A DNA stretch of 46,267 bases from Patescibacteria group bacterium (GTDB taxonomy: Bacteria > Patescibacteriota > Minisyncoccia > CAIUEV01 > JAHKAQ01). A program made the translations under genes and the position numbers. This document shows, one piece after another, positions 1 through 7,842 of this stretch. Where the stretch lies: positions 1 to 46,267 of the forward strand of contig JAYEHH010000013.1 of the NCBI GenBank assembly GCA_034716235.1. Direction: 5' to 3'. The notes beneath the pieces were generated by a model, which ran no database searches, had not been told where the DNA came from, and worked only from the letters and a program-made list of their open reading frames with translations. Every line of letters begins with the position of its first letter. Position 1 is the first letter of the stretch.

Positions 1-1
1 C

Positions 2-121
2 ATAGCAATTGTGTTTAAAAAGAATGATATTTTTTACGTTTTCAGATTGGCTTTCGTGGGAGGAAAAGATAAAATAGTTTCCGAGATGGAAAGCATGGTT
101 GCCACGTTTGAATTGCGATAA
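2..121 (+). CDS. 3' end of an unidentified CDS cut by the window edge
   Basis: Frame 2 is open from the window edge (...FVGGKDKIVSEMESMVATFELR) to TAA at 119-121. No recognisable motif. Confidence 0.3.
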   Translation: MAIVFKKNDIFYVFRLAFVGGKDKIVSEMESMVATFELR

Positions 122-390
122 TGGCTTTCTTCCCCAAAAGGCTGTTTTATAACCACAATATTTTTAGGTTAATTATGAAAAGCAATAAAAATTAAGTCAA
201 AAACGGTCAAGATTGCCATAAATAAGCGTTTGATACATCTGTGATACATCTGTAGTATATTGTGGATAACTTAATTTTAACTCTATGCAACTAAAAATAT
301 ATCAAGGAAGAAAATGAAAAAGGTGAATTTGGAAATTGGACAGATTTGGTTTGATAATTTTAGAGACTTTGCTAAAAAAATTACAAACAA

Positions 391-535
391 TTCTTAAAAA
401 ACAATCTAAAGAAAACGCTAAAGGAAAGAAATGGAGGTAGATCATATAACGCCTTGGTATGAGAGAGGAGATACAACAGAAAAAAACTGTTAGATGTTAT
501 GTAAAGAATGCAATAGAAGGAAATCTGGGAAATAA
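391..535 (+). pseudogene. Decayed HNH endonuclease remnant
   Basis: Frame 1 reads ...LKKTLKERNGG. Frame 2 from ATG 431 reads MEVDHITPWYERGDTTEKNC*MLCKECNRRKSGK, the HNH signature (DH...N...CN..K). It is broken by a frame change and by an in-frame TAG at 491-493. Confidence 0.45.
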
Positions 536-565
536 AATTAAAAAGTTATTAAATTTAGCCTGTGT

Positions 566-600
566 AAAAATACCTGTCAATTTGCTTGACAGGTATTTTT
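566..600. promoter_or_regulatory. Perfect 15-bp inverted repeat; candidate operator or bidirectional terminator upstream of the TA pair
   Basis: AAAAATACCTGTCAA-tttgc-TTGACAGGTATTTTT. The right arm contains a TTGACA hexamer 86 nt upstream of the HTH gene start. Confidence 0.5.
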
Positions 601-685
601 ACATTTGTCACGATAGAAGTGTAATCAATTATTTTACTTAAAAATATAACTAATAATACAATTGTAAATTATATAAAAAATAATT

Positions 686-1459
686 ATGACTACATTTTTA
701 AAAAAACTTCGTCAGGAGCAAGATGTAAGCCAAGAATTTTTGGCAGAAAAAATTGGTGTATCTCGCCCAACCTACGCACAAATTGAAAGCGGTGCGCGTG
801 ATATGTCCGTAAAAGAAGCGCAAAAATTAGCGCAATTTTTTGGGTTGTCTTTAGAAAATTTTCTTGCTGGTAAAAAAATACCAGAATTAAAAGTAAAATT
901 GGAAAAGTCCAAAAAGCCAAAAATACAAAAATTTAAAACGCGTGTTTCTGTACCGCAAGAAAAAGTAGAAAAATTCAAAGAAGTGCTTTTATATATTTTG
1001 GAACGCATCGGAGCGCGATCGAATATCGGCGAGGCGGTAGTATGTAAATTGATGTATTTTATTGATTTTGATTTTTATGAAAAATTTGAAGAACAGTTAA
1101 TTGGTGCGAAATACATAAAAAATCATTTTGGACCAACTCCTGTTGCTTTTCCCGAAATTGTTGCACAAATGGAACAAGACGGCGATTTGACTTGCGTTAC
1201 CAAAAAATATTTCCAACATGAACAAAAAAAATATTTACCACGAAGGTCTGCTAATCTTTCAAATTTTTCAGCTCAAGAAAAAGAATTAATTGATTGGGAA
1301 ATTGAACGATTTAAGGATTTTAATGCAACAAAAATGCGTGATTATTCACATAAAGATGTTCCGTGGATTGGTGCAGATAATTTACAGCCGATCAACTATG
1401 AAGCGGTTTTTTCTCGCACCGATGAATTTTCCGTAAGACAATATGATGATGGACTATAA
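686..1459 (+). CDS. HTH-XRE / Panacea (DUF4065, SocA-like) fusion protein, putative antitoxin
   Basis: The N-terminus LRQEQDVSQEFLAEKIGVSRPTYAQIESGARDMSVKEAQKLAQFF is a Cro/C1-type HTH. The C-terminal VCKLMYFIDFDFYEKFEEQLIGAKYIKNHFGPTPVAFPEIV matches the DUF4065/Panacea pattern. Confidence 0.8.
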   Translation: MTTFLKKLRQEQDVSQEFLAEKIGVSRPTYAQIESGARDMSVKEAQKLAQFFGLSLENFLAGKKIPELKVKLEKSKKPKIQKFKTRVSVPQEKVEKFKEVLLYILERIGARSNIGEAVVCKLMYFIDFDFYEKFEEQLIGAKYIKNHFGPTPVAFPEIVAQMEQDGDLTCVTKKYFQHEQKKYLPRRSANLSNFSAQEKELIDWEIERFKDFNATKMRDYSHKDVPWIGADNLQPINYEAVFSRTDEFSVRQYDDGL

Positions 1460-1817
1460 TGAAACAGAAGAATTCAAACGCGATTTCAAAAAATTGCTAA
1501 AGAAATTTCCATCATTGGTAGATGACCTAAAAGTAAATAAGCAATATAGGATTGAACTCTTTCATTGTAAAGAAATAGATAGTAGAAGTATTTTTGAAAT
1601 TCAAGGAGCTGCCAACACTGCGGAGCTTAAATTTTTTAAAGTTAAAAAGTTTCAATGTAAGAATTTAAAAGGTCGTGGAGCAAAAAGTGGTATTCGTCTT
1701 ATTTATGCCTATTTTCCTGTTGAGCAGAAAATCGTGTTTATAGAAATTTATTTTAAAGCAGATCAATCTAATGAAAATAAACGGAGAATTATTGATTTTA
1801 TAAATACAATAAATTAA
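1443..1817 (+). CDS. RelE/HigB (Gp49-like) superfamily toxin candidate
   Basis: Overlaps the upstream stop by 11-17 nt (ATGATGATG). The C-terminal motif RGAKSGIRLIYAYFPVEQKIVFIEIYFKADQSNEN resembles the GGxRvIY...i.ll.iY.K core of HigB/Gp49 toxins. Confidence 0.65.
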   Translation: MMMDYNETEEFKRDFKKLLKKFPSLVDDLKVNKQYRIELFHCKEIDSRSIFEIQGAANTAELKFFKVKKFQCKNLKGRGAKSGIRLIYAYFPVEQKIVFIEIYFKADQSNENKRRIIDFINTIN

Positions 1818-1925
1818 ATGCCCCGCAAAAAAATCGGGCCCCGCAACCTAGCGGAGCCATCATACAAGATAAAACTTTCTAGCAATATTATATTAATATT
1901 AAAAAATTTATTCCTCTCAAATAAA

Positions 1926-1972
1926 AATCCCCTGAAAACGATATTAATCGTAATTCAGGGGATTGTTTTGTT
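1926..1972. terminator. Bidirectional rho-independent terminator between convergent genes
   Basis: AATCCCCTGAA...TTCAGGGGATT stem, flanked by an A-run on the left and TTTTGTTT on the right. Confidence 0.6.
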
Positions 1973-1984
1973 TAAAGAACTATT

Positions 1985-4612
1985 TTAACTCCACATTATT
2001 ACCTCCTCCAAGACCTTCATCAGGTCTTTTATTTTGTAAGGTTTGGAGAGAACTCCCGCAAACCCATTTGGTACTTGTTCCGAATAGCCAGAAGAAATAA
2101 TGGCTTTAACATTCGGATCTAGCTTTTTAAGCTCTTCCAAAGTTTCCACTCCACCCATTCCTCCGGGGATGGTGAGGTCCAAAATGACCATATCAAACGG
2201 TGTTTCAGAGCCGAAAGCTTCTTGATATTTCTCAACTGCTTCAGCTCCATGCTCGGATAAAATAAATTGATGTCCGAGATTTCCAAGGATATCTTTCATC
2301 AAATCCAAAACCATTTGGTTATCATCCATTACCAAAATCTTTAGACTCTTAGTGGTCTTGGACGATTCTTCAACAGACTCCTTTTTCAGGACAGCATTCC
2401 TATCAGCTGAAAGGTAAATATGGAAAGTTGTTCCTTTACCTTGTTTTGAATTGGCATAAATACACCCTCCGTGCTTTTGAATCACGGAATGGGATACGGC
2501 TAATCCGAGTCCAGACCCACCTTGTTCCTTCTTACTATCTTTTGTAGAAAAGTATGGGTCAAAAATCTTCTGCAGGTATTTTTTTGGGATTCCAATTCCA
2601 CTATCCTTAAAAATGATATGGACAAAATTGCCTGGTACAAAATGGTAAGAATTGCTAGATGTCATTTCAACATTTTCTGCCCGAATTTGTATAACCCCAC
2701 CTTCAGGCATTGCCTGCTTCGCATTAATGATCAGATTCTGAAATACCTGGTCAATCTGGTCAACATCTATTTCCATCATCCAAAGATCTTCTGGCAAAGT
2801 TAATTCGCACTTAACCGAAGAACTTTGACCTAAGGCAAGGTTGACTGATTCCTCAACAACTTCTGCAATAGAAGCTATTTTCTTTGAAGGAATTCCGCCT
2901 TTTGCAAAAGTTAACAGTTGTTGCGTCAGACTTGTTGCTTTTTCTGATGCTGTTATTACTTTTTGCAATAACTCATCTTGTTTCTTTGGGTTATTCTTGT
3001 TTAACAAGGCAATGGAAGTATTCCCCATAATTCCAACCAATAAATTGTTAAAATCATGTGCAATTCCGCCAGCGAGAACTCCTAAGGATTCCAGCTTTTG
3101 TAATCGCAAAAGACTTTCCTCCGCCTGCTTGCGCTCGGTGATGTCCAGATGAACGCCTACAGCTCTTAAGGGCTTGCCTTTTCCATTAATCTCAAAACTC
3201 TTACCTTTCCCCGAAATCCATTTCCAGGTCCCATTTTTGCATTTGAGACGAAATTCTGCTTCGTAAGGCTCGGCATTTTCCACATGTTTTGTAATCTTGG
3301 GGACAATTGTTCTCCGATCTTCAGGATGCATTAAACCTGTCCATGTCTCTTTTCGCATGGGCAGTTCTTTGTCCTCATATCCAAGCATTGTATAGTAGCG
3401 TGGACTGAAATAAATATCATCAGTTTTCAGATTCCAATCCCAGAAGCCATGTTCCCCGGCGTCCATTGCCAGTTCTAAGCGGTTTTTATGTTCTTTTATC
3501 TGCTTGTTTGCCGCCCTCAATTGCCGTTCTGTTCCCCGGAGTTGTCGATTATTTGCATCAAGTTGCCGGTTTGTTGCTTTTAGTGCCTCCTCTGCTTGCT
3601 TGCGCTTGGTGATATTACGAGTAATGCCGAGAATCCCGGTTAGTGCTCTGTCTTTATTTCGTAGAAAAGATGTTGTCACTTCAGTCCAAACAGTGCTTCC
3701 GTCTTTGCGAATTTGCTCAAGTTCCAATGTTTTTGAACGATCATAGGTAATACCCAATTTACCATCTCTTGCTATTTCGTCCATAATGACCGTAATAGCT
3801 TTCTTATATGATTTGGGCGTACAGATGTTTTCCAAAGGAATCTGTATAGCCTCGTCGGGATTATATCCACGCAACTTCATAATAGATGGGCTGAAATATG
3901 TAAATTCCCAATTCATATTCATTGTCCAGATAACATCCGCGGAATTTTCAGCAAGAAGTCGATATTTTTTCTCGTTTTCCAGAAGCTTTTCTTCTGCCTG
4001 CTTGCGTTCAATGACTCCGGTAATGATTCGCCCCACGGCTTGGAGAAGTTCAATATTCATGTCTGACCACTTCCGATGACTAACACAGTCATCAAAACCC
4101 AGAAATCCGTAATACTGTCCAGCCACGAAGAGTGGGACATCAAGAATGGAAAGAATCTGCTGAGAGCGCAACATCGTTTTAACATTTTCATCTGGGATAA
4201 CTTCAATATCCGCGAAGCTGATGACCTGATTACTCTTTAACATTTCCACCCACCACGGAATATCTGCGGTGTTCACACCTTGTAGTTCATCTTTCTGCCG
4301 TGATACCCCTTCGGCAACCCATTCAAAAACGTTGTCAAAGGTGTCTGTTCCATGATGGTGCTTGAAGATATAGATCCGGCTCACATCCAGTGTTTTCCCC
4401 ATCGCCGTCAGGCAATTGTTCTGGAAGACAGACAGATCATCGGCCTCTATTGCGAGTACTGAGATGCGGGAAAGCAACTGTTCATAAGATAGCCTTTCCT
4501 GTAGAGCCTCCTCCGTCTGCTCGCACTTTAAAAGAAAAACTGACCATAACATCTTCCAAACTACTTTGATTTTACCTAAGCATTCCTTGCATTTCTTAAT
4601 TATTTCTCTCAT
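1985..4612 (-). CDS. Cytoplasmic hybrid sensor histidine kinase (GAF, three PAS, HisKA, HATPase_c, receiver)
   Basis: H-box GGIAHDFNNLL, N/G boxes (NLIINAKQAM, DSGIGI, GGSGLGLAVS), C-terminal receiver (ILVMDDN...DMVILDLTIPGG...SKPY), and repeated PAS modules joined by ITxRKQAEE linkers. The start is moved to ATG 4612, which follows GAGGAG. No TM segment. Confidence 0.9.
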   Translation of the reverse strand: MREIIKKCKECLGKIKVVWKMLWSVFLLKCEQTEEALQERLSYEQLLSRISVLAIEADDLSVFQNNCLTAMGKTLDVSRIYIFKHHHGTDTFDNVFEWVAEGVSRQKDELQGVNTADIPWWVEMLKSNQVISFADIEVIPDENVKTMLRSQQILSILDVPLFVAGQYYGFLGFDDCVSHRKWSDMNIELLQAVGRIITGVIERKQAEEKLLENEKKYRLLAENSADVIWTMNMNWEFTYFSPSIMKLRGYNPDEAIQIPLENICTPKSYKKAITVIMDEIARDGKLGITYDRSKTLELEQIRKDGSTVWTEVTTSFLRNKDRALTGILGITRNITKRKQAEEALKATNRQLDANNRQLRGTERQLRAANKQIKEHKNRLELAMDAGEHGFWDWNLKTDDIYFSPRYYTMLGYEDKELPMRKETWTGLMHPEDRRTIVPKITKHVENAEPYEAEFRLKCKNGTWKWISGKGKSFEINGKGKPLRAVGVHLDITERKQAEESLLRLQKLESLGVLAGGIAHDFNNLLVGIMGNTSIALLNKNNPKKQDELLQKVITASEKATSLTQQLLTFAKGGIPSKKIASIAEVVEESVNLALGQSSSVKCELTLPEDLWMMEIDVDQIDQVFQNLIINAKQAMPEGGVIQIRAENVEMTSSNSYHFVPGNFVHIIFKDSGIGIPKKYLQKIFDPYFSTKDSKKEQGGSGLGLAVSHSVIQKHGGCIYANSKQGKGTTFHIYLSADRNAVLKKESVEESSKTTKSLKILVMDDNQMVLDLMKDILGNLGHQFILSEHGAEAVEKYQEAFGSETPFDMVILDLTIPGGMGGVETLEELKKLDPNVKAIISSGYSEQVPNGFAGVLSKPYKIKDLMKVLEEVIMWS

Positions 4613-4626
4613 TTTTTTCTCCTCTT

Positions 4627-4902
4627 CTAAAACAATTTCAAAACTAATTTCGCCTTCCATCCGGAAAACGCACGATAACCAAAGAAGACAACCATGTCTC
4701 CCCCTTTAATTTCTTTTGAGATTGGCCGTTTAGGCTCCCAAAGAAAATCAGTACCAATTATCCATCGACTGGCTGGCCGAGGGAAAACCACATCAATAAA
4801 TCCTCGTTGACGCTTATTTTTTGATTCTCTCTTTTTGAACCTGCCCAAGATAAAACCTAGGCAACATAACCTCAAAAACAATCTAATCAGATTAATCCTC
4901 AA
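4627..4902 (-). CDS. Hypothetical small protein
   Basis: Strong SD AGGAGGTGA lies 5 nt before an in-frame TTG at 4902. The ORF ends 15 nt upstream of the kinase start. No recognisable domain. Confidence 0.4.
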   Translation of the reverse strand: MRINLIRLFLRLCCLGFILGRFKKRESKNKRQRGFIDVVFPRPASRWIIGTDFLWEPKRPISKEIKGGDMVVFFGYRAFSGWKAKLVLKLF

Positions 4903-5023
4903 TTCTTTCACCTCCTTTCTATTTAATTGTTAAAGTACTTAATCAAGCTAATAATATACATTGATTTTTCTTTTTTGTAAATAATGCTAGCATACCTTAT
5001 AGGTTAATTATAAATTTAAAACT

Positions 5024-6037
5024 ATGAAAAAAGTTATGTATTGGATGCGTAAATTAGGAATATTGCGAACATCTTCGTATAAGGTGAGTGGTAATGCTGA
5101 AAAATTAAATAAAATGAATGCAACTGATGGTGGCATGTTACAAAGTCAAAAAGAAATTGACGCACAATACAAAAAAGAAGATAAGAATAAACAAAATAAG
5201 AAAGATGCAAAAATTCCATCATCCGGTAACAATGGTAAAAATAGTTCCAATCAAAAAGGAGCTGGTAGTAAAGTTATATTTTGGATTTTTGTTGTAGTCG
5301 CTATTGTATTGTATGGAATATCTTTGTTGTTAGGATGTTCAATGTGGTTTTTGATAGTGATTATTTTTTGGGGTTTGTTTTTAAAAAATACATGGAGTCA
5401 TATTGCAGTTGGTTCGTTAATGTTGGGAAAAACTATTACTGTTGGGATTGTCCTTGCCATTATTACATTCTTTTTTATGGGGGCAACAATGCCTGATGAG
5501 GAGAATATTGATAAAGTAGAAAAAAGTAATGAAAAAGTAATGGATGAAACTGATGATTCTGACATTGAGCAAGAGATTGAAGATTTAGATTTGAGTCATA
5601 TACCGGAGGAGCATAGAAAAGAATATATTGAACATAAACGAGCAGAAGCAGAGACAGCAAAAGCTATGAAAGATAAAAATAGAATTGTAGAATTTTTCAA
5701 AAAGTTAGAAGAAGAGACAGGTATGGAATTTGGAGAAGTTATGGATGATACAAATTCACTTTGGACAGGACCGAACGTTGGTCTTGCGTTAACAGATGCA
5801 AAGATAATGTTTGCGAAGAAATTTTCTCAAAGTGATTGGTCAAAAATTGATAAATATTTTACAAATCTGAATTCAAGCCATGGCTCGGTAGTGTTTGCAT
5901 TCACAAATAAGACCGTGAATGAACAGGAGGGATATATTGTAGATAGTGAGAGATATCCTGGGCTCATGTGCGTTGTGACAAGTACAGAAAGAACAGCAAG
6001 CATTAGTTGTGGCTGGGGTCCGGGTGGAGGAGAATAA
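5024..6037 (+). CDS. Hypothetical membrane protein
   Basis: Lys/Asn-rich N-terminus, three or four hydrophobic helices (VIFWIFVVVAIVLYGISLLLG..., ITVGIVLAIITFFFMG), an acidic linker, and a C-terminal globular part with no known motif. Confidence 0.6.
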   Translation: MKKVMYWMRKLGILRTSSYKVSGNAEKLNKMNATDGGMLQSQKEIDAQYKKEDKNKQNKKDAKIPSSGNNGKNSSNQKGAGSKVIFWIFVVVAIVLYGISLLLGCSMWFLIVIIFWGLFLKNTWSHIAVGSLMLGKTITVGIVLAIITFFFMGATMPDEENIDKVEKSNEKVMDETDDSDIEQEIEDLDLSHIPEEHRKEYIEHKRAEAETAKAMKDKNRIVEFFKKLEEETGMEFGEVMDDTNSLWTGPNVGLALTDAKIMFAKKFSQSDWSKIDKYFTNLNSSHGSVVFAFTNKTVNEQEGYIVDSERYPGLMCVVTSTERTASISCGWGPGGGE

Positions 6038-6357
6038 AAACTTAAAAAATCTCAATCATTTATATTAAAGATTAAACGAGGCGAAGGCTACAGTGCGAAA
6101 GCTAATGCTTGGTACTGGGTATTTTTGTCCTTTCTGCACCGTAGGTATGCAGAAACGCGGAGCTGAATTAAGTCTTGGGCTAGATATTACAAAAGTTTAT
6201 GTAAATGAATAAATTTGATGAGATACATTGACAGCACTTTAATCTCTCAGGAATATAGCTCAGATTATAAGGATAATCCAACTTGCTAATGAGCTCAGTT
6301 TAGTTTATAAAGAAAGAAGTTAGTGTCTTGCGATATTATCCACTTTAAAATTAAAAT

Positions 6358-7224
6358 ATGGTAGAAAATATAAACTTTAACCAATTTATGGAAACTCTTA
6401 CACCCTGGTTATTAAATCATGGTGTAAGGATATTGCTTATCATTATCGGTGTTTTCTTAATCAATAAATTTGGTAAAACGATTGTAGACAAAATTGTAAG
6501 AAGTATGGTCAAGGGTGATAAATATTCAAGCCCTCAGGCTGAGAAAAAAAGAGAGGACACAATTATTAAAATATTTTACGGTACTTTTCGAGTAATGGTT
6601 ATCATTATTTCTTTAATGATGATTATGTCGGAAATAGGAATAGATATCGGACCGATTATTGCTGCTGTAGGAGTCAGTGGTCTGGCCGTTGGTTTTGGAG
6701 GACAATATTTAATTAGAGATATTATTGCTGGACTTTTTATTTTGCTAGAAAATCAATATAGAGTAGGAGATGTTATAAAGATTAATGATATTGTAGGAAC
6801 GGTAGAAAATATTACTCTTAGGATGACCATTTTGAGAGATTTAGATGGAACTGTGCATAATATTCCCAATGGTGTTATTAAAGTAGCATCTAATATGTCT
6901 AAAGATTTCTCTGGCATTAATTTAGATATGGAAGTGGCCTATAACTCTAATATTGAACAAGTGCTGGAAACAGTTAATCAGGTAGGCAAGGAGCTGGCAA
7001 AAGATACCGACTGGAAAGACAAGGTAACCCAAGCTCCTTATTTTGCTAGAATTAATGATTTTGGGGACTCAGCCATTAAAATTAAAATTTTAGGACAGAC
7101 TAAACCTTTGCAACAATGGGATGTAACTGGGGAATTGCGCAAAAGATTAAAAGCTGCTTTTGACGAAAAGGGGATTGAAATACCTTTTCCTCAACAGGTT
7201 ATTCACTGGAACAAAGATGAATAA
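6358..7224 (+). CDS. MscS-family mechanosensitive channel
   Basis: GVSGLAVGFGGQYLIRDIIAGLFILLENQYRVGDVIKI...GTVENITLRMTILRDLDGTVHNIPNG is the MscS pore-helix/beta-domain signature. Confidence 0.85.
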   Translation: MVENINFNQFMETLTPWLLNHGVRILLIIIGVFLINKFGKTIVDKIVRSMVKGDKYSSPQAEKKREDTIIKIFYGTFRVMVIIISLMMIMSEIGIDIGPIIAAVGVSGLAVGFGGQYLIRDIIAGLFILLENQYRVGDVIKINDIVGTVENITLRMTILRDLDGTVHNIPNGVIKVASNMSKDFSGINLDMEVAYNSNIEQVLETVNQVGKELAKDTDWKDKVTQAPYFARINDFGDSAIKIKILGQTKPLQQWDVTGELRKRLKAAFDEKGIEIPFPQQVIHWNKDE

Positions 7225-7285
7225 CTTCTCTTTTTTATCTCTTTCAATATTAATTTTCTAATAGCTTAAAGCATTCAAAAGATAA

Positions 7286-7320
7286 TAAAAACAGACTGAA
7301 ATTCAGCCTGTTTTTATTTT
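7286..7320. terminator. Bidirectional terminator between the MscS-family gene and csp
   Basis: AAAACAGACTGAA-a-TTCAGCCTGTTTTTATTTT. Confidence 0.6.
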
Positions 7321-7331
7321 GTAAAAAAGAA

Positions 7332-7529
7332 TTAAGCTTTTTTAACCTGGATTGCGGCATCACCTTTTGGAGTATTTTCAACTTCAAAAGTAACTGAGTC
7401 ACCTTCTCTTAGTTGATCGAATTCAACACCTTCCAAGCTGTTAGCATGGAAGAAAAGGTCTCCAGCGCCATCTTCTTGAGAGATGAAGCCAAAGTTTTTG
7501 TCAGTTAGTTTTTTAATGGTTCCTTGCAT
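7332..7529 (-). CDS. csp: Cold-shock protein (CspA family)
   Basis: MQGTIKKLTDKNFGFISQEDGAGDLFFH contains the RNP1/RNP2 motifs. 65 aa. Confidence 0.95.
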   Translation of the reverse strand: MQGTIKKLTDKNFGFISQEDGAGDLFFHANSLEGVEFDQLREGDSVTFEVENTPKGDAAIQVKKA

Positions 7530-7787
7530 TGTAATGTAAAGACAAAGCTAATAAGTAAATACTAAGAAGTAGAAATTCGACTTTATCTCTACAATTCTAA
7601 TATTCATCACTCTAACCAAGAGTGGATAGTAATTAAACTAACAATTAAATAATAACATAGATATTTTTAAAAATCAAGAGCATAGTACATATTTATCAAT
7701 TATTTTTCAAGACAGTGTGCTTCTTTGTTATTTTTCATGCATTGTTCCTATTTTAAAATACTACATCTAAAGAATTTTTTTTAAATA

Positions 7788-7824
7788 AAAAAGCTGTTTT
7801 TCTCTTTGAGAAAAACAGCTTTTG
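7788..7824 (-). terminator. Rho-independent terminator of the S8 protease gene
   Basis: AAAAGCTGTTTTTCTC-tttga-GAGAAAAACAGCTTTT, about 20 nt after the stop, followed by a T-run on the minus strand. Confidence 0.6.
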
Positions 7825-7842
7825 GTGAGACGCTTATTTATT

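Noticed and set aside
261-269. Perfect DnaA box (TGTGGATAA, reverse complement of TTATCCACA), possible oriC
   Set aside because: It is a single copy. One 8/9 match lies near 6336. There is no dnaA or dnaN gene, no box cluster and no adjacent AT-rich unwinding repeats. One chance occurrence in 46 kb of AT-rich DNA is plausible.
491-493. In-frame TAG in the HNH remnant as evidence of TAG-to-Gln recoding
   Set aside because: TAG ends well-supported genes in the window (for example 11944..13296 and 17187..18485). The HNH gene is also frame-broken upstream, so a pseudogene is the simpler explanation.
459-641. 60-aa ORF in the provided track
   Set aside because: It runs out of frame across the HNH remnant and straight through the 15-bp palindrome. 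It has no SD. Its product is low-complexity K/N-rich.
2522-4079. Four + strand ORFs (2522..2803, 2841..3152, 3504..3746, 3786..4079)
   Set aside because: They are antisense shadows inside the histidine kinase gene. Their SSACLRS-type peptides are the reverse translation of the repeated KQAEE linkers.
6105-6212. 35-codon ORF with a CPFC motif in the 6038-6357 spacer
   Set aside because: No SD within 5-12 nt of the ATG, no homology that I can recognise, and it lies in a hairpin-rich GC block. Left as part of the unassigned region.
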